DNA of 64,000 nucleotides from Bispira polyomma (Eukaryota): NCBI GenBank assembly GCA_965649765.1, contig OZ287749.1, positions 95,542,001 to 95,606,000 of the forward strand, read 5' to 3'. Shown piece by piece: positions 40,001 to 52,765 of this stretch (position 1 is its first letter; each line of letters starts with the position of its first letter). The notes under the pieces were generated by a model. It saw only the letters and a program-made list of their open reading frames with translations, ran no database searches and was not told where the DNA came from. The position numbers and the translations under genes were made by a program.

Positions 40001-40815
40001 TATTGTGTCCCCGAATGCTGAGAGGTGGAAGTGAACTCGATTTTTAAACACACGTTTAATATTATATCCATTGAGTGTTTAGACTGTTTGATTCAGTTAA
40101 ATCAAAAGACATTTTGCAGTATTTTTACTGTTATGTTATTAAGTCTTAATAATGTTGAAATACTTATATGCTTGTTTACAAATAATTATGTCACTCTCTA
40201 TCTCTGTATACACACAGATAAACACAGAAAATATGTTGACTGTTTCTGACAATTTTTACCATCCCAAAGTATTTGACGGTTTAAACCTAGTGTCATGTCA
40301 AAAACAGGTTTTGGACATCAAAAACCCAACCCTTGTAACCAGTAAAGATCAATCAATATTCCTCAAAATCAAAACAATAGCAATAAAAGATTAACAGACA
40401 AGCCATTTTACTGAATATCTAAAACTACTAAGTAAAGTTTATGTAAATTGTAACATCTAATATAGTAAAGTTTAGTTTCGGTGTAACGCAACTTTTAACA
40501 TGTCATGTGTCATATCTCAATTGGCAGTTCATTAGTGAGAATATCAGAGCAGGGTAGTTGGTCTAGGTTTTCTGTTGTGCAAACTACTGGTGGTGCCCAG
40601 CAAATTTACATCCAACTTAACAACATGAATACCAGGGCCAAGATACGAACCCACAACCGCAGAAGTAGGAGGTGCATGTGTTACCACTACACCACCCATG
40701 ACTCTAAATTATAGATGTTTACATTTACCTCAGAGAGGTCATCAACAGCGTCAGGTTCACAGGTTACAGCAATCAAGAACGTCACCAGACACAGGAGTTT
40801 GAAGATCACTACCAT
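37050..40815 (-). CDS. Six-exon gene for a 123-aa secreted prepropeptide releasing a cationic 4-Cys peptide (candidate beta-hairpin antimicrobial peptide or toxin)
   Basis: Coding exons (minus): 40815-40729, 39611-39566, 39117-39089, 38758-38716, 38467-38360, 37108-37050. All five introns are GT..AG with compatible phases (0,1,0,1,1), and the total is 372 nt. Protein: MVVIFKLLCLVTFLIAVTC-EPDAVDDLSEVEKVKRATATDSPDSRDALLRKIEKILKGMEKEFTAEQFDLLTQTLIDGEECPTAGKNLVQELEGKKKGKGRQKR-GLRCWCRSIWTKRVCGCLG*. TATA box upstream, AATAAA downstream. Confidence 0.88.
40520..40700 (-). mobile_element. tRNA-derived SINE remnant in intron 1 of the peptide gene
   Basis: GGGTGGTGTAGTGGTAACAC..GGGTTCGTATC A/B boxes. 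Confidence 0.5.
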
Positions 40816-40902
40816 TTTTCTTGATTTTCAACTACTCGTATCAGAATTTTTAAACCTCTTAGTCAGTCGAAGCTGATGATTTGGATTGTGTCCCTTGCTC
40901 AG

Positions 40903-40909
40903 TTTTATA
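40903..40909 (-). promoter_or_regulatory. TATA box of the peptide gene
   Basis: TATAAAA on the minus strand about 90 nt upstream of the ATG at 40815, implying a 5' UTR of about 60 nt. Confidence 0.6.
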
Positions 40910-41799
40910 CCCATTTTGTTCATGTATGCTGAATAACATTTGACTTTTACAATGACAGTGACTCAGTAGTTTGATCTTACAGGCTGATTACAGACTTGCG
41001 CTACTCTTTCAAAGTTTTCACTCAGCTGGTTCAGTTAATTTGTAAGTAATAATAGAATTGTCTACAGCTATGAATAGTCTTTCAATGTATTTTTTTGTGA
41101 CATAATGGTTTAATTTCATGGCAAGTAATAATAGAATTGTATACGACTAAAAATAGCCTATTAATGTATTGCAGAGTTCACGTGTGCAGACAAATATATT
41201 GAAGGGTTGGTAAATATACTTGTTTTACCTTTTTTACTTTAGTGGCATTTTGTTATTCAGAAACAAAAGCTGGACTCATTAAAGGGTGAAAGCGAAATAT
41301 CTTCACTCTTTTATTACAAAATTATAGATTGACAATGTCCAGTCATACAGAAGAAAAGCTTTCTCATAAACTAGCACATATCGTACACAATGGAAATTTA
41401 CTTTCTAAAAATATTTGTTCAAAACATGGTAATACAATTATATTTAGATTATATTTTTATAGTCCTCAAAATGGGGTGGCGAGCAGTGTCTCGTAAGCGT
41501 GATTACTTAAAAGTTCCAAATATACTGTTATCGAACAAATTGGTTGATGCCATTGGAAGGAGTGAATACAATTGAGCTTTTACCCAACATTAATGCTAAT
41601 GTTAAACTCTTTAACAAAGTTAAAATGTATACTCACTGATTGATTAAAAGACATTTGTGGTGCATTCATAACGGCAATCCATGTAAATGAGACCTAGGTA
41701 TTAAATAGATCTTCTGAGGCGCAACACCAGAATCAGTTATCAACTTTATCAATATAAAATTGAGAAAGTTCAGTATGGAATAATGTTAAGCTGTATTAA

Positions 41800-42400
41800 A
41801 ACCATACATCCCAAACCAAAGTGGATTTACACAAAAATAAAAAAAATGCCGTCAATATTTTTACAAGGTGAAATACCACTAATTCTGGGGACAAAATTTA
41901 ACAGAAAAATGAAAAATATGTGGAAACAAATATATATATTGCCTTTTTCAATACAGTAAAAATAATGATTTAATCTGGCTCCAACAACGGATTTCAAACA
42001 GAATGTTGGGAATAAATGCTCATTTAATGAATGTAAAGATAGGTACTAACCCTAACTGTGTCTTCTGCAATGAATTTCAAGAAACAATTTTGCATCTGTT
42101 TTTTCATTGTTAAATAAACAAGTGCTTTTTGGGGTAAATTAAAAACATGGCTTTGGTAGTTAAAGGTAAACCTGAATGTCTGTGCTTCTTGCATTATTCT
42201 TGGATATCTGTCACCTGATAGTTCTTTCATCCCTCTAAATTTCATTTACTTATCGACAATTTTTTTTCAATTTTTTTAACCTCTAAAACCACAAAAACTT
42301 TGAATATGATTTAGCAGTATTAAATGATGTTTCATACTGAACAGGAATTTGCATACAAATTGTATTTTAATCATGAACAGTTTCAAAATAATCTAGGTAA
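41800..42400 (+). mobile_element. Tx1/L1-like LINE 3' remnant
   Basis: zf-RVT-type motif NCVFCNEFQETILHLFFHC. Confidence 0.65.
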
Positions 42401-42569
42401 AACTTTTTACAATGTCCCCTTCAGGGCTTCGTAAATTATGAACAATAATAGAAATAAATTAAAAAGGGTATCAAAACAAGTTAATAACTCCTGCAGAGGG
42501 TTAACATGGTTATTTCCAACAATATGTTTATCAAATCATTTCACATTGTTTGCTACAATAGACCTTTTT

Positions 42570-43500
42570 AGAATTAAGGGATTACAGGGTGCGTGCAATG
42601 CATTATGGTAAGACCGCACAATCTGTCTTTTCAGCAACCATACTGAAATATTTAATATTTTAATCATAAGAACAACTCAAAGGTGTCTTCAAAAATTTGG
42701 CATTTGAATGTTTAGATTTTAAAATAGTGCTTTAGAATTCATAGATACTATATGGTGAAGTAAAGCAGTACTACATTGTGGAAAATGATTATATTCTTGA
42801 CATTTAACTTATTTATCAGATGGAAAATAGAGCTGGACCCAAAAACTTAAAAACACCTAATATTATCTTTTTATGTGTTGCAACTAACGAGCTGGAACAT
42901 TAACAAATAGTTTAAATGAAACATAAAAGTCGTAGTACTCTTTTCTTCTATCAAACTGCTATTTTAATTTCACATTGAAGTTATCATTTTGTTTTCATTC
43001 CTCTATCACCTTTGGGTATGATATAGTCTGTCTTTTGTTTTGCGGAATTACTCACAGAAAGGTTGTTGGTACATTAGTTGAGAATAGCATTAATAACTTT
43101 CGTAAAGCTGTTGCATTTTCTTATTCAACATTTTAAATTGCAGATGATGAGTAGCATTATTTGCTAAAATGAAGAAATTGAAGACATTTAAATCCCACAC
43201 ATAGCTTTACTCATTGATGAGATGATTATTATCAGGCTTCACAGTTTTGGTTTATCACATTGTTATTTGATTTGGCTTAGGCATTTTTTAAAATTTTAAA
43301 GTTTAAAATTTTATGTATAGTTCTACTGTAAATTGAAAATTATCTCCAATTGCTAAGTTTCCAGCATCAACTTGAATAAGCTACATAATAGCCATATCTT
43401 GTTCTGATAACTTACCTTAGTCAAATATTGAACAAGTTTAACTTCAACTAAGAACCTAATTGTAGAGACTGTTGGAAACATTAGCCAAAACATCCTTAAG
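42570..43500. repeat. Dispersed repeat family, copies also at ~47640-48145 and ~50900-51460
   Basis: Shared blocks such as TAAAGCTGTTGCATTTTCTTATT..TTTTAAATTGCAGATGA and CACAGAAAGGTT. Two copies end in CATCCTTAA. Confidence 0.7.
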
Positions 43501-45449
43501 GCTTTTAGTAACCTAAACACAAAAAAAAAACAATCGCCGCTAAGACACGTTATGAAATAAAAACTATCTTGAACCTACACTCCTTTTTTATAAAGGCCTC
43601 AAAGTAAATTTTTAAATACAAGATTTTATTGTATGAGGAATAAAAATGATAAAAGAGGAAATTAGATAACAATTCAAGTTTAATTTGATAAGTTTTAAGA
43701 TCATTTTTTATCAATTTATCAGCAAAAAAGTTTGCACATAACAATAGTCAAATTGTAAGGAAAATATGAATATTTCTCCTGGTGCACCCTTCACACAAAC
43801 GTGACACATAGCACATACATATAAGGATTCAATACTACAATATTGCACATTACCAGATAAAAAAAAAGGGATCAGAATTATTTTGTGTGAGTTACTTTTT
43901 CAAAATAATATATAAAAATAGATAATTTTAGAAAAACAGTTAAGTTGCATTCTTCCAAACAGAAAGTTGTTTTGTATTCTTCATTTTAATGAAATAAGGA
44001 AACATATTGAAAAAACTGAATCACAAAAAAACAATATACACCTTCTCTAAAGTGGGGTAGAATACATAATATCATCATACATGCTGGATCAATAACCATA
44101 TTATGTCACAATAAAAAGGTCTCTTTCCGAGAATATCCAGGGGAGGGAGGGTCGTTGAGAATGCCTTTGGAATATTGGTTAGCAGGTGCCCGGCTCCTAC
44201 TGACAACCATGCAACAACATTCTCTAGTGGCCTCAAACATTACGTTAACGTGTGCTATATTACACAACATTTTAAGAAGCCGCTGTAGGAACCCAGCACT
44301 GGAGTACCCAAATCTACAAGATGATCCACCTGAGGTGTAGCTCGTGAGGGGATCAAGTTAGCAATGAAAAGAGAAATCATCTAGATGGGCGAAAGAGCAA
44401 AGGGACACTTTGATGGACTACTTCATGAATGAGGGGGCAGTCCTGCGGCAGAATGACAGAATATGAAGTTTGACCTGAGCCTGAGCCTAACCACCTGAGC
44501 CTGATGAGAAGCCACCCAAGCCTGATATGTCACAGTAGCTGTAAACAAAAAAATGTTCTTTTCAGGATCACCCAAATCTTCCATGAACAATTACAAAGCT
44601 GTTTGTTGCACCACTCACCCCCTTACCCAATCACATCTCACAAATTAAAAATCACACTTCATAAGGTTCAAACCCAACACCCATACATGTAATATTTTTG
44701 GCCCCACCATAGTAGATTCCAACGCAACATAAAACATTTTAGACTTCAACAAACACTGAAGACACTAAGACTGAAGAAAGAAACCCTTTGTTGAAATAAA
44801 TTTGAACCCAAGGTCTTTCACTGATGTGAAACTGTGGCCGCCCTTAATATATAACATAAAGATTCCCAAGCAATAGATAGGTTATGGGCCATTAAGTGTC
44901 AAAGATCATGGGTTCAAACTCTGTGATGGGTGTGACTACTTGTTTGGAAAACACTAGGTTTAAACCCTGTCAGTGGTGGGATCACTTGTTTTGAAGAGAA
45001 ACATTTCAGGAAATGAGTTTTTTTGGCTTATGAGAAACTCTTTGTATTGCACAACTGTGAAAATGTGGGGTTGCAAAGACTTTCTCTTTCTTCTAAATTA
45101 TTTCTTTTCTCTTAGTATTTTTTAAAAGTTACAATTTACAAAGGAAATATGGGTTTTATCTTTAAATTTGGTAATCATTTGGGCTTTCTTTATTTCCAGG
45201 GACAAACACTCTTACTGGCAGGTTTACTGTCATTTAATTTTTACTTTGGGGTCTGAACTCTGGGCCAGTGGTTAATAAGTTCTGTGTGTAAGTGTGAATT
45301 GTTTTTGAGGAGACAGTGCTATCTGCTTGTTTTAGATTTTGAACATTCAAGCTCAAATAATGTACTTGAAGCATTCAGGTGGCCCTTAAAAGGGACGGAG
45401 GTTTCAACGAATGGTTGTCTGAAAAAGTTGCGGAGTTGATGTTAGGTAT

Positions 45450-45700
45450 TTGTAGGCTACACATTCCAAGCTGTTGTTGCTGATCGCTGACTGGTTGAAG
45501 GCTAAGCGTTCCAAGCTGCTGTTGCTGATCTCTGACTGTCTGTAGGCTATGCGTTCTAAGCTATTGCTGATCGCTGACTGTCTGTAGGCTACGCATTCCA
45601 AACTAGTGTTGCTGATCGCTGACTATCTGTAGACTATGCATTCTAAGCTGTTGCTAATCACTGACTGTCTATAGGCTGAGTGTTACAATCTGTTGCTATA
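45450..45700. repeat. Degenerate 42-45 bp tandem repeats inside Harbinger
   Basis: About 5-6 copies of GTTGCTGATCGCTGACTGTCTGTAGGCTA..TTCCAAGCT. Confidence 0.75.
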
Positions 45701-45886
45701 CCCGGGTGTTGGGCTCAAGATCTGGTCGTATATGATATCCTGTGGTATCTCTGCATTGTAACATTTGATGAAACTTTAAATCGACGAAGTGTTGTGAGCT
45801 GTATCATCATATGTGGAGGGATTTGACGGTGGGTTTGAAAACTGCCTACAGCTGGGCAGTCTAGAAGGTCGACGGTGTAACAGTAT

Positions 45887-46705
45887 CTACATATGGTACT
45901 TGATGTAGAGACACTTGATGTTAAGCCACATAGGTTGAAACTGCAGGTGGCTTGGACTGTGTAAAATTGGGTTTGGTTCTAGTAAAAGCACTATGCGGAT
46001 GACTTCTGTCACGCTGTATCTTACTAAGTGTGGAAAATGTCTCATTCCTAAATGTTCACTCATCCAATTTCTTGACTTTGGTTGCCAGGTACTGAAAAAA
46101 GGCCGTCTTTTTGGACTGTGCCTTTGGAGTTTCTGAGTCTTGACCACAAAACTGGACATCACGCTCCGCATCTGGCCTAGGTGTTCCATCAGCTGGGTAC
46201 TGATGTCAGAGCCCTGACGGGGTGAAGAAGGTCTATGACTACTTCTAAGACAGGTCTCAGCGACGCTGTCTCCACCTATGCTCGAACACCTGGATAGATT
46301 GTGGATCTCGGTCCGTTTCTGTGGGGAAGCTACACTTGGCTTGAAAGCCAATGACCTCAAATGCCTGAATAAGTGAGAGCCAAGGAAGGAAAAGCGGCTC
46401 AGTAACCAGTTCTTTCTGTCGGTGAAATCTGGGGCTGCTTGTCCTGACCTCTTCACCATGAGCTTGCCAAAGCAAGTGCATTGCGACTCAAACCAGGTCT
46501 TCACCTCTGACACCTTGAGACCACGACTGGTAGCTAACTCGTCCCAGAGCCTTTCTTTCAACGACCTGTCCTTAAACTGTTTATGGTGCTTGTTGTACAG
46601 AACCCTGTTATCTCTGACGAAATCATTGACCGACTCTTCATCTGCCTCTGTCAGGATCACACACACCATCGATCGTTTAGCTCCCCCGTCAGATCCGATA
46701 GCCAA
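45887..46705 (-). pseudogene. MADF (Myb/SANT-like) DNA-binding ORF of Harbinger
   Basis: EESVNDFVRDNRVLYNKHHKQFKDRSLKERLWDELA..KTWFESQ..FGKL. The frame degrades toward the C-terminus. Confidence 0.75.
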
Positions 46706-49199
46706 TATGTTCTATTCTACTCTGCCCAGTTCGATCGGGGTAAAAAAAACGCATCATCTCCAAGTTTTTGAAGTTTGATCGGTGCGCAATATGTCAGATC
46801 GGGATATCAATAAGGTCGATTGGACTACTGGCCTGTCCTGTCCTACCGAAAAGGGGGAGAATCCCAGTAGGATAAAACGGGCCAATGTTAGGACAGACCT
46901 AGAGACCGATAAGACCTATCCGACAGAACATATTGACAATACGATCGAACATATTTATCAATACGATTATGGGGTCCGGGGAGTTAGTCCGAAGGGACTT
47001 TTTGAAAATATCAAAGATGTTTGATATTCTTCCCAACCACCGCATATGCCCGGTTTCGCCCTTGGACCTATACGGACACGCTCTGGACCTCAACTTTGGC
47101 AAGGTCAGGGACCAAATAGGCATAGTGGAACCATCATTTTAAAGAATTAGCTTCAAGTACAAACTTCTACCACTCTAAAAATCGGGTTTTGTACACAATA
47201 ACTTGCATGATACCTACATTTTATATCAAAAGTTTTAAACAGTTTAGGGATTAATTAGTTTACTATGACCATTTTGAAACAATCCAAAACTATATGTATA
47301 CAACTATATGCAGTTTTGTTTAGGTTTTAAAAACCATCCATTGTGACGTCACATTGCAAATCTGAAAGCCAAGATGTACAGAGCTATTATCATAAAGAAT
47401 TAACTACAAACATGCATTTATATAACTCTAAAACTCGGAAATAATACTATTGTGTTGTTTAAGGTCAACATTTTATGTTAATCACACTTTTAAACAAATT
47501 TCTGTCTAAAATATTGCTTAAAACTGATACTAAAACTTTGAAAATCTGCTAAATACTAAAGTTTTCATATACACATTCACGGGGACTGGGTGGTACAATG
47601 AACTGCTAATCCAACAACTATAACGTCATACTTACGTCACAGTGGAAAATAAATTATTATATTATGTTGATATTTAACTTTATATTATTAGATGGTAAAT
47701 AAAGCTGGGCCAAAAACCTCCAAAAACACATAATATTACAATTAGTTTTAATGTAACATTAAAGTAGTATTTTCCCTTTCTTCTATCAACTACTATTTTA
47801 GTTTTACATTTTAGTTATCATTTTGTTTTCACTGCTCCAACACCTTTAGGTATGAGATATTCTGTCTTTTGTTCTGTGGAATTACTCTTTTGTCACAGAA
47901 AGGTTTTTGGTGCATTATTAGATGAAATTATTAATAACTTTGTAAAGCTGTTGCATTTTCTTATTTAACATTTTAAATTGCAGATGAGGAAATTAAAATC
48001 AAGAAATTGAAGTAATTTAATGTCACGCATAGGTTGGGATATTCGATGAGATTATTAATCACAGTCTTGTTTTAGGAACCTACAATCCACCTTAAGGCTT
48101 CACAATTCTATCACAATGTTAGAACAGTTAGCCATAACATCCTTAAACAATTCAGGCCAAGCTGGCCCCTATGAGAATTTAGTTTTGAACATTATTAACT
48201 GTATTTGCAAAGATATTACATATAGTTTCAGTAAAATGGCATATGTTTTCCCTGATATTTGAACAAAGTATAGAAGGGGAAGGTATAAACATAACATATT
48301 TACAACCACACAGAAGGTAGACAAGTAAATCTATTTAGTCACAGCTGTGGTGAAGAATAGGCTAATGTGTGGAAAACAGAACAGCTTTTGTAATACATGT
48401 ATGTCATCTACATTTTGACAGTTAAGTAAAACAAGATTGTCTCATCTAGCTTTGCTATGTCTATAGCAGATCTGTATGTTAATGGTTTATATACTATACC
48501 TCGGAATACAACTGGGACCAGAATGGACCCGGGATGCAGCCCTGTACTGCCGCTCTGTCCTGCCGCCCTGGTTTTGAAAGCTGGCTTCTTGTATTTAAGC
48601 TTGCATATCTTAATCATTTCTTAACCCATTTTGATGCAACAAAAAGCACAGGAATCACAATAAAATATGCTTTCCCATGTTATTTTCATACAATTTTTAT
48701 TTTTAGTAATTTCTGATTGATTAATAAGCCGGACTCAAGCTAAGCTTCTCTTGAGCTGTACATCTGAAGAGGGTGGCAGGTTAGACTAGAAGTTGGAATG
48801 GGGTTTGGGTTGGAGCTAGTCTTCTCTACAGGGCAGCAAGTTGGACTTAGGGTTGGAATATGTGCTGGAATGGAGCTATACTTCTGTACAGGGCATCAGG
48901 CAGGACTGGAGGTTGGGCTGGAGCTAGGCTCTTGTACAGGGCAGCAGGTTGGACTTGGGGGTTGGAATCGGTGCTGGAATGAAGCTATACATCTGTACAT
49001 GGTGGCAGGTTGGACCGGGGGTTGGACTTGTAGTTTTATAGAGGCTGGCATCACGAATATAGATGTAAAAACTGGTATTTGTTTCAAAATTTGGAGGCAC
49101 GTATTCAGATAGATACAACGATTTATTTAATTTTTAAATTTTCGGGAAGGCATATTACACCCTAATTAATTGAATTAATTAGTTGCCGCCTTGCCATCA

Positions 49200-49900
49200 C
49201 AGACCTTTCAACACTATAATCTACCATTTAACAGCCATAGCCCTGTATATAATGGCCTACTTCTTATTTCTTAAAATTTCAAATGTTGTGCCACTTTCCA
49301 TAAAGCCATATTCTCCAATACAATATCTGTTAAGGGGAGACATCTTGTTGGCTCCCCCCTTGCATTCGCATAATCATAAAATGATCCAAAACCATGCAGT
49401 ATAGAGACACTTATAAGGTTATTAAGTCACCCTCCTTAGCTATGGGGCTACTATTGCATTCAACCAAAATGTCTCCATCCAAAACATACAAAGTCATCGC
49501 ACGTGGTCCTCTGACTGCATTTGGAAAAAAAATGATACAGTGGCTGTGACCTTGAGATCCTTACCACATTATTAGCACTACTACTAGTTAGTTTGGGTTT
49601 TTCTATTACTATATTCATACAATATTTACATGTTTGCTATGTTATGTAAACTTAACATCACGTTTTGAGTAACTAAACTTTAAACTCTTAAGGCTACCTT
49701 TAATTGTACATACTTGAACTTGTTAATGTATCTGGTAATTGTGGTAACTTGAACTCATATTCTAAACTCATAGTTACGGTTACCTTAAAACCATACCCTT
49801 AACTTCAGGTTAAGACAATCTTAAAATAATACCTTTACTTAGTGCTGCCTTAATTAACTCTAAGTATATGTAAATAGCATGTTAGTTCTAACACGTAGAA
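49200..49900 (+). pseudogene. YR retroelement 3' remnant
   Basis: YFLFLKISNVVP..RGDILLAPP and GATIAFNQNVSIQNIQSHRTWSSDCIW. Confidence 0.7.
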
Positions 49901-49992
49901 AATATTTAACTAAAACTTCCAAATGATTGTGCTTTTTCATAGATATTTGTCTAGAAAAGGCACTGAACCCGCAACACAGGGGCAGGAGTCGC

Positions 49993-50050
49993 TAACACCC
50001 CTGTTCCACTATGCCGATTATAGCCCCTGACCAACACGATTATGCTTTGG
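49993..50050 (+). mobile_element. Isolated Harbinger terminal remnant
   Basis: TAA followed by ..GTTCCACTATGCC.ATT..CCCTGACC, matching the reverse complement of the 47100-47138 end. Confidence 0.5.
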
Positions 50051-50224
50051 GGGCATACTCTAAGACATAATCAGGAAGGTAGACTTATCTTTGGTATTCA
50101 AGACACTCGACACTAGCACTAAACCCACAACACAGATGCAGGTGTCACTAAACATATATCAAAACATGTAGGATACCAGGCAGCGTCAACACCTCAAGAA
50201 TGTACTTCATTTGTTTGGTTTACT

Positions 50225-50790
50225 GGTTAAACTTTCCGGCGTTCAGGTGCCACCTTTGCCTTTAATAACAGTGTCAGTTAACAAAACATGCAGAGGCATG
50301 GCACTTGGACGTCAGTCTGCATCTGGTGATATATATATCAGATTCTGCGCATGGTGGTTCCGAAGTGGTGACAAGTATTACTCTGTACTTAATGTTGGTG
50401 TTTGGTGGGCTGACGTACCATATTTGTCAGTACATAGGTTAATTTATTAAATCTTGAATATCTCATATTTGTATAACATACAGTAAAATATAAAGAATTA
50501 CTTTTGGGCATAAGGTCACCTTACATAACACAGTACATAATCTACTCATACCTCATAATTGACGTCAAGTCTATTTTTACGAATTGTAAGCTGACTTAAC
50601 GTCAACTTATCAATTCAACTTGAATATTTAAGTTGCCAACCTTAAAAATAAAATTGTATCTGAGGTCACATTTACGTTATCTTTAGTCAATCTTAAACTC
50701 ATTTGCTATGGTAACCTCAATCATACTGCAAGGTGGACTTACACCTTATGTTAAGGTGACATTATGCCCTCTTAACCTTATGCTTACTTA
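50225..50790 (+). pseudogene. YR C-terminal remnant plus 3' region, related to element 5
   Basis: FRRSGATFAFNNSVS*QNMQRHGTWTS.., followed by GGGCATAAGGTCACCTTA, which also occurs at 61285. Confidence 0.75.
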
Positions 50791-52386
50791 ACTGTATATA
50801 TACAAGACTTAGATATTTAAAATAGATTCTGAAAAATGTTGAACCATATTACTCTGTCTTTCTGCTAGTTATAAAACAGTCTTTGTCACTGGACCCTGGG
50901 GCAATTGAGTTATCATCTTGTTTTCATTGCTCTAACATAATTGGGTATGAGATATTCTATCTTTTGTTCTGTGTAATTACTCTTTTGTCACAGAAAGGTT
51001 ATTTAACCCTATATATACAAGACTTAAATATTTAAAATAGATTCTAATCATTGTTGAACGCATTGCTCTGTTTCTCTGCCAGGTATATAACAATCTTTGT
51101 GACTGGGGCATTAAGGTTATCATTATGTTTTCATTGTTCTAACACCTTTAGGTATAAGATATTCTATCTTTTGTTGTGGAATTACTCTTTTGTCACAGAA
51201 AGGTTGTTTGTGCATTATTTGATAGAAGCATTAAAAACTTTGTAAAGCTGTTGCATTTTCTTATTTATAAAATTTTAAATTGCAGATGAAAAAAGGCTTT
51301 ATTTGTTAAAATAGAAAAATTGAAGTAATTTAAAATGTCACAGCTTTACTCGTTGATGGATCATTGATCAGATCCTTTTTTTAGAAGCCTAGGACCCACC
51401 ATCAGGCTTCACAATTTATTCTCTTTTATTGCAGTGCTGAAACCGTTAGCCATAACTTTCTGAAATAGCCCTAATTCAAGTTCAGGACCCACTCTAACCT
51501 CCACTCCAATCTGCCGCCCTGTACAAAAGCCTAGCTCAAGTCCAGCTTATCAATCAGAAAATACTAATAATTTAAATTACGTGGAAATTAGATGAGAAAG
51601 GCTATTTTATTGTAATTCCTCTTCAGCAGATTAACTTGTCTAATTTCTGTATTTGTGTGATTGTAATTATGTTATGTTTATATCTTCCCCTTCTATACGT
51701 TGTACAAATATTAGGGGTAAACATTTGACATTTCACTGAAATTATATATATTATCTTTGCTCAACCTGAATCATTAGGTTGCTGCATCATTTTAACAAGG
51801 TTTCATTCATGGCTCTGAAGGGTCAGCTAGACTTCTCTACAGGGCAACAGGCTTCACTGGAGGTTGGAATAGGACCTGAACTTGAGCTAGGCGTCTCTAC
51901 AGGGTTGCAGGTTGGACTGGGGTTGGACAGGAAGCTGTAATAGAGGCTGGCATCACAAATATACATGTAACGTGAAAATGTGTTAATAAAGTGAATTTTG
52001 GGGGAAGTATTTTGATAAATAAAGTCATTTATCCAATTGAATTTTGGGGCGAGCATATTACACTCTAATGAATTGAATTAATTAGTTGTCGCCATGCTGC
52101 CATGCCCTAGCCACCCTGGAACAGGGTGGCGATTCTGAGGTATAGTATAAACCCTGGTTTGGTTGAGGTAATACAAATTACAGACTTGTATAAAGACACG
52201 GAGGGTGAGGCCATAAAATTTCAAAGTCTGACCAGGAGTCAAAGTGCTGACTAAGCCACTCGGTTTAAAGTAATATTTGCTTAACAAAGAGGGTGGGAGG
52301 GAGATGTTGACAGGAAACAGGTCAACAGCCCGAAAAAATTTAATAAAATGGAGGCATTTGCCGCCTTAATTGAGAAGTTCTGGGTC

Positions 52387-52765
52387 CCACTCCACAGTGC
52401 AGCATTGGGCCCCAGTGCTGAAAAGTTATTATATTTCACAAACATATTCTTCTTCTTCACTAGCTCTTCTTTCATGAACTAGTGGGTCCCACTCTGACTT
52501 CCTCACTTTCCTCCTTACTGCACTGATGGGTCCCACTCTTGCATTTTTGTTATTACAGTGGTAGGTATGGCCGAAACCTCACTCTAGTCCTAGCCAACCC
52601 TCGCCCTATAAGTCTATGGGACCCATCAGTGCAGTAAGGAGGAAAGTGAGGAAGTCAGAGTGGGACCCACTAGTTCATGAGAGAAGAGCCAGTGAAGAAG
52701 AAGAATATTTTTGTGAAATATAATAACTATACACTACTGGGGCCCAATGCTGCACTGTGCAGTGG
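52387..52765. repeat. Long hairpin-forming inverted repeat
   Basis: Arms of about 150 bp (52387-52535 and 52617-52765) with an 81-nt loop. The inner ~60 bp are perfectly complementary. Confidence 0.9.

Larger units (their letters stand above)
44140..47138. mobile_element. PIF/Harbinger transposon, left part missing
   Basis: Transposase C-terminus on + (VVENAFGIL..TTMQQH..TCAILHNILR, 44150-44466) converges on a MADF/Myb-SANT ORF on - (45887-46705). Right TIR ..GGCATAGTGGAACC.. is followed by TTA/TAA. Confidence 0.8.

Noticed and set aside
37050-40815. Assignment to BRICHOS (arenicin-type) or cathelicidin precursors
   Set aside because: The propeptide is short, has a single Cys and shows no motif of either domain. 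No gene symbol assigned.
46782-47142. Short ORFs beside the MADF gene
   Set aside because: They lie in the GC-richer subterminal region of the Harbinger element and show no protein motif.
52520-52600. Hammerhead ribozyme (CTGATG..GAAA)
   Set aside because: The core reads CTGATGG rather than CTGANGA, and the required stems are absent.
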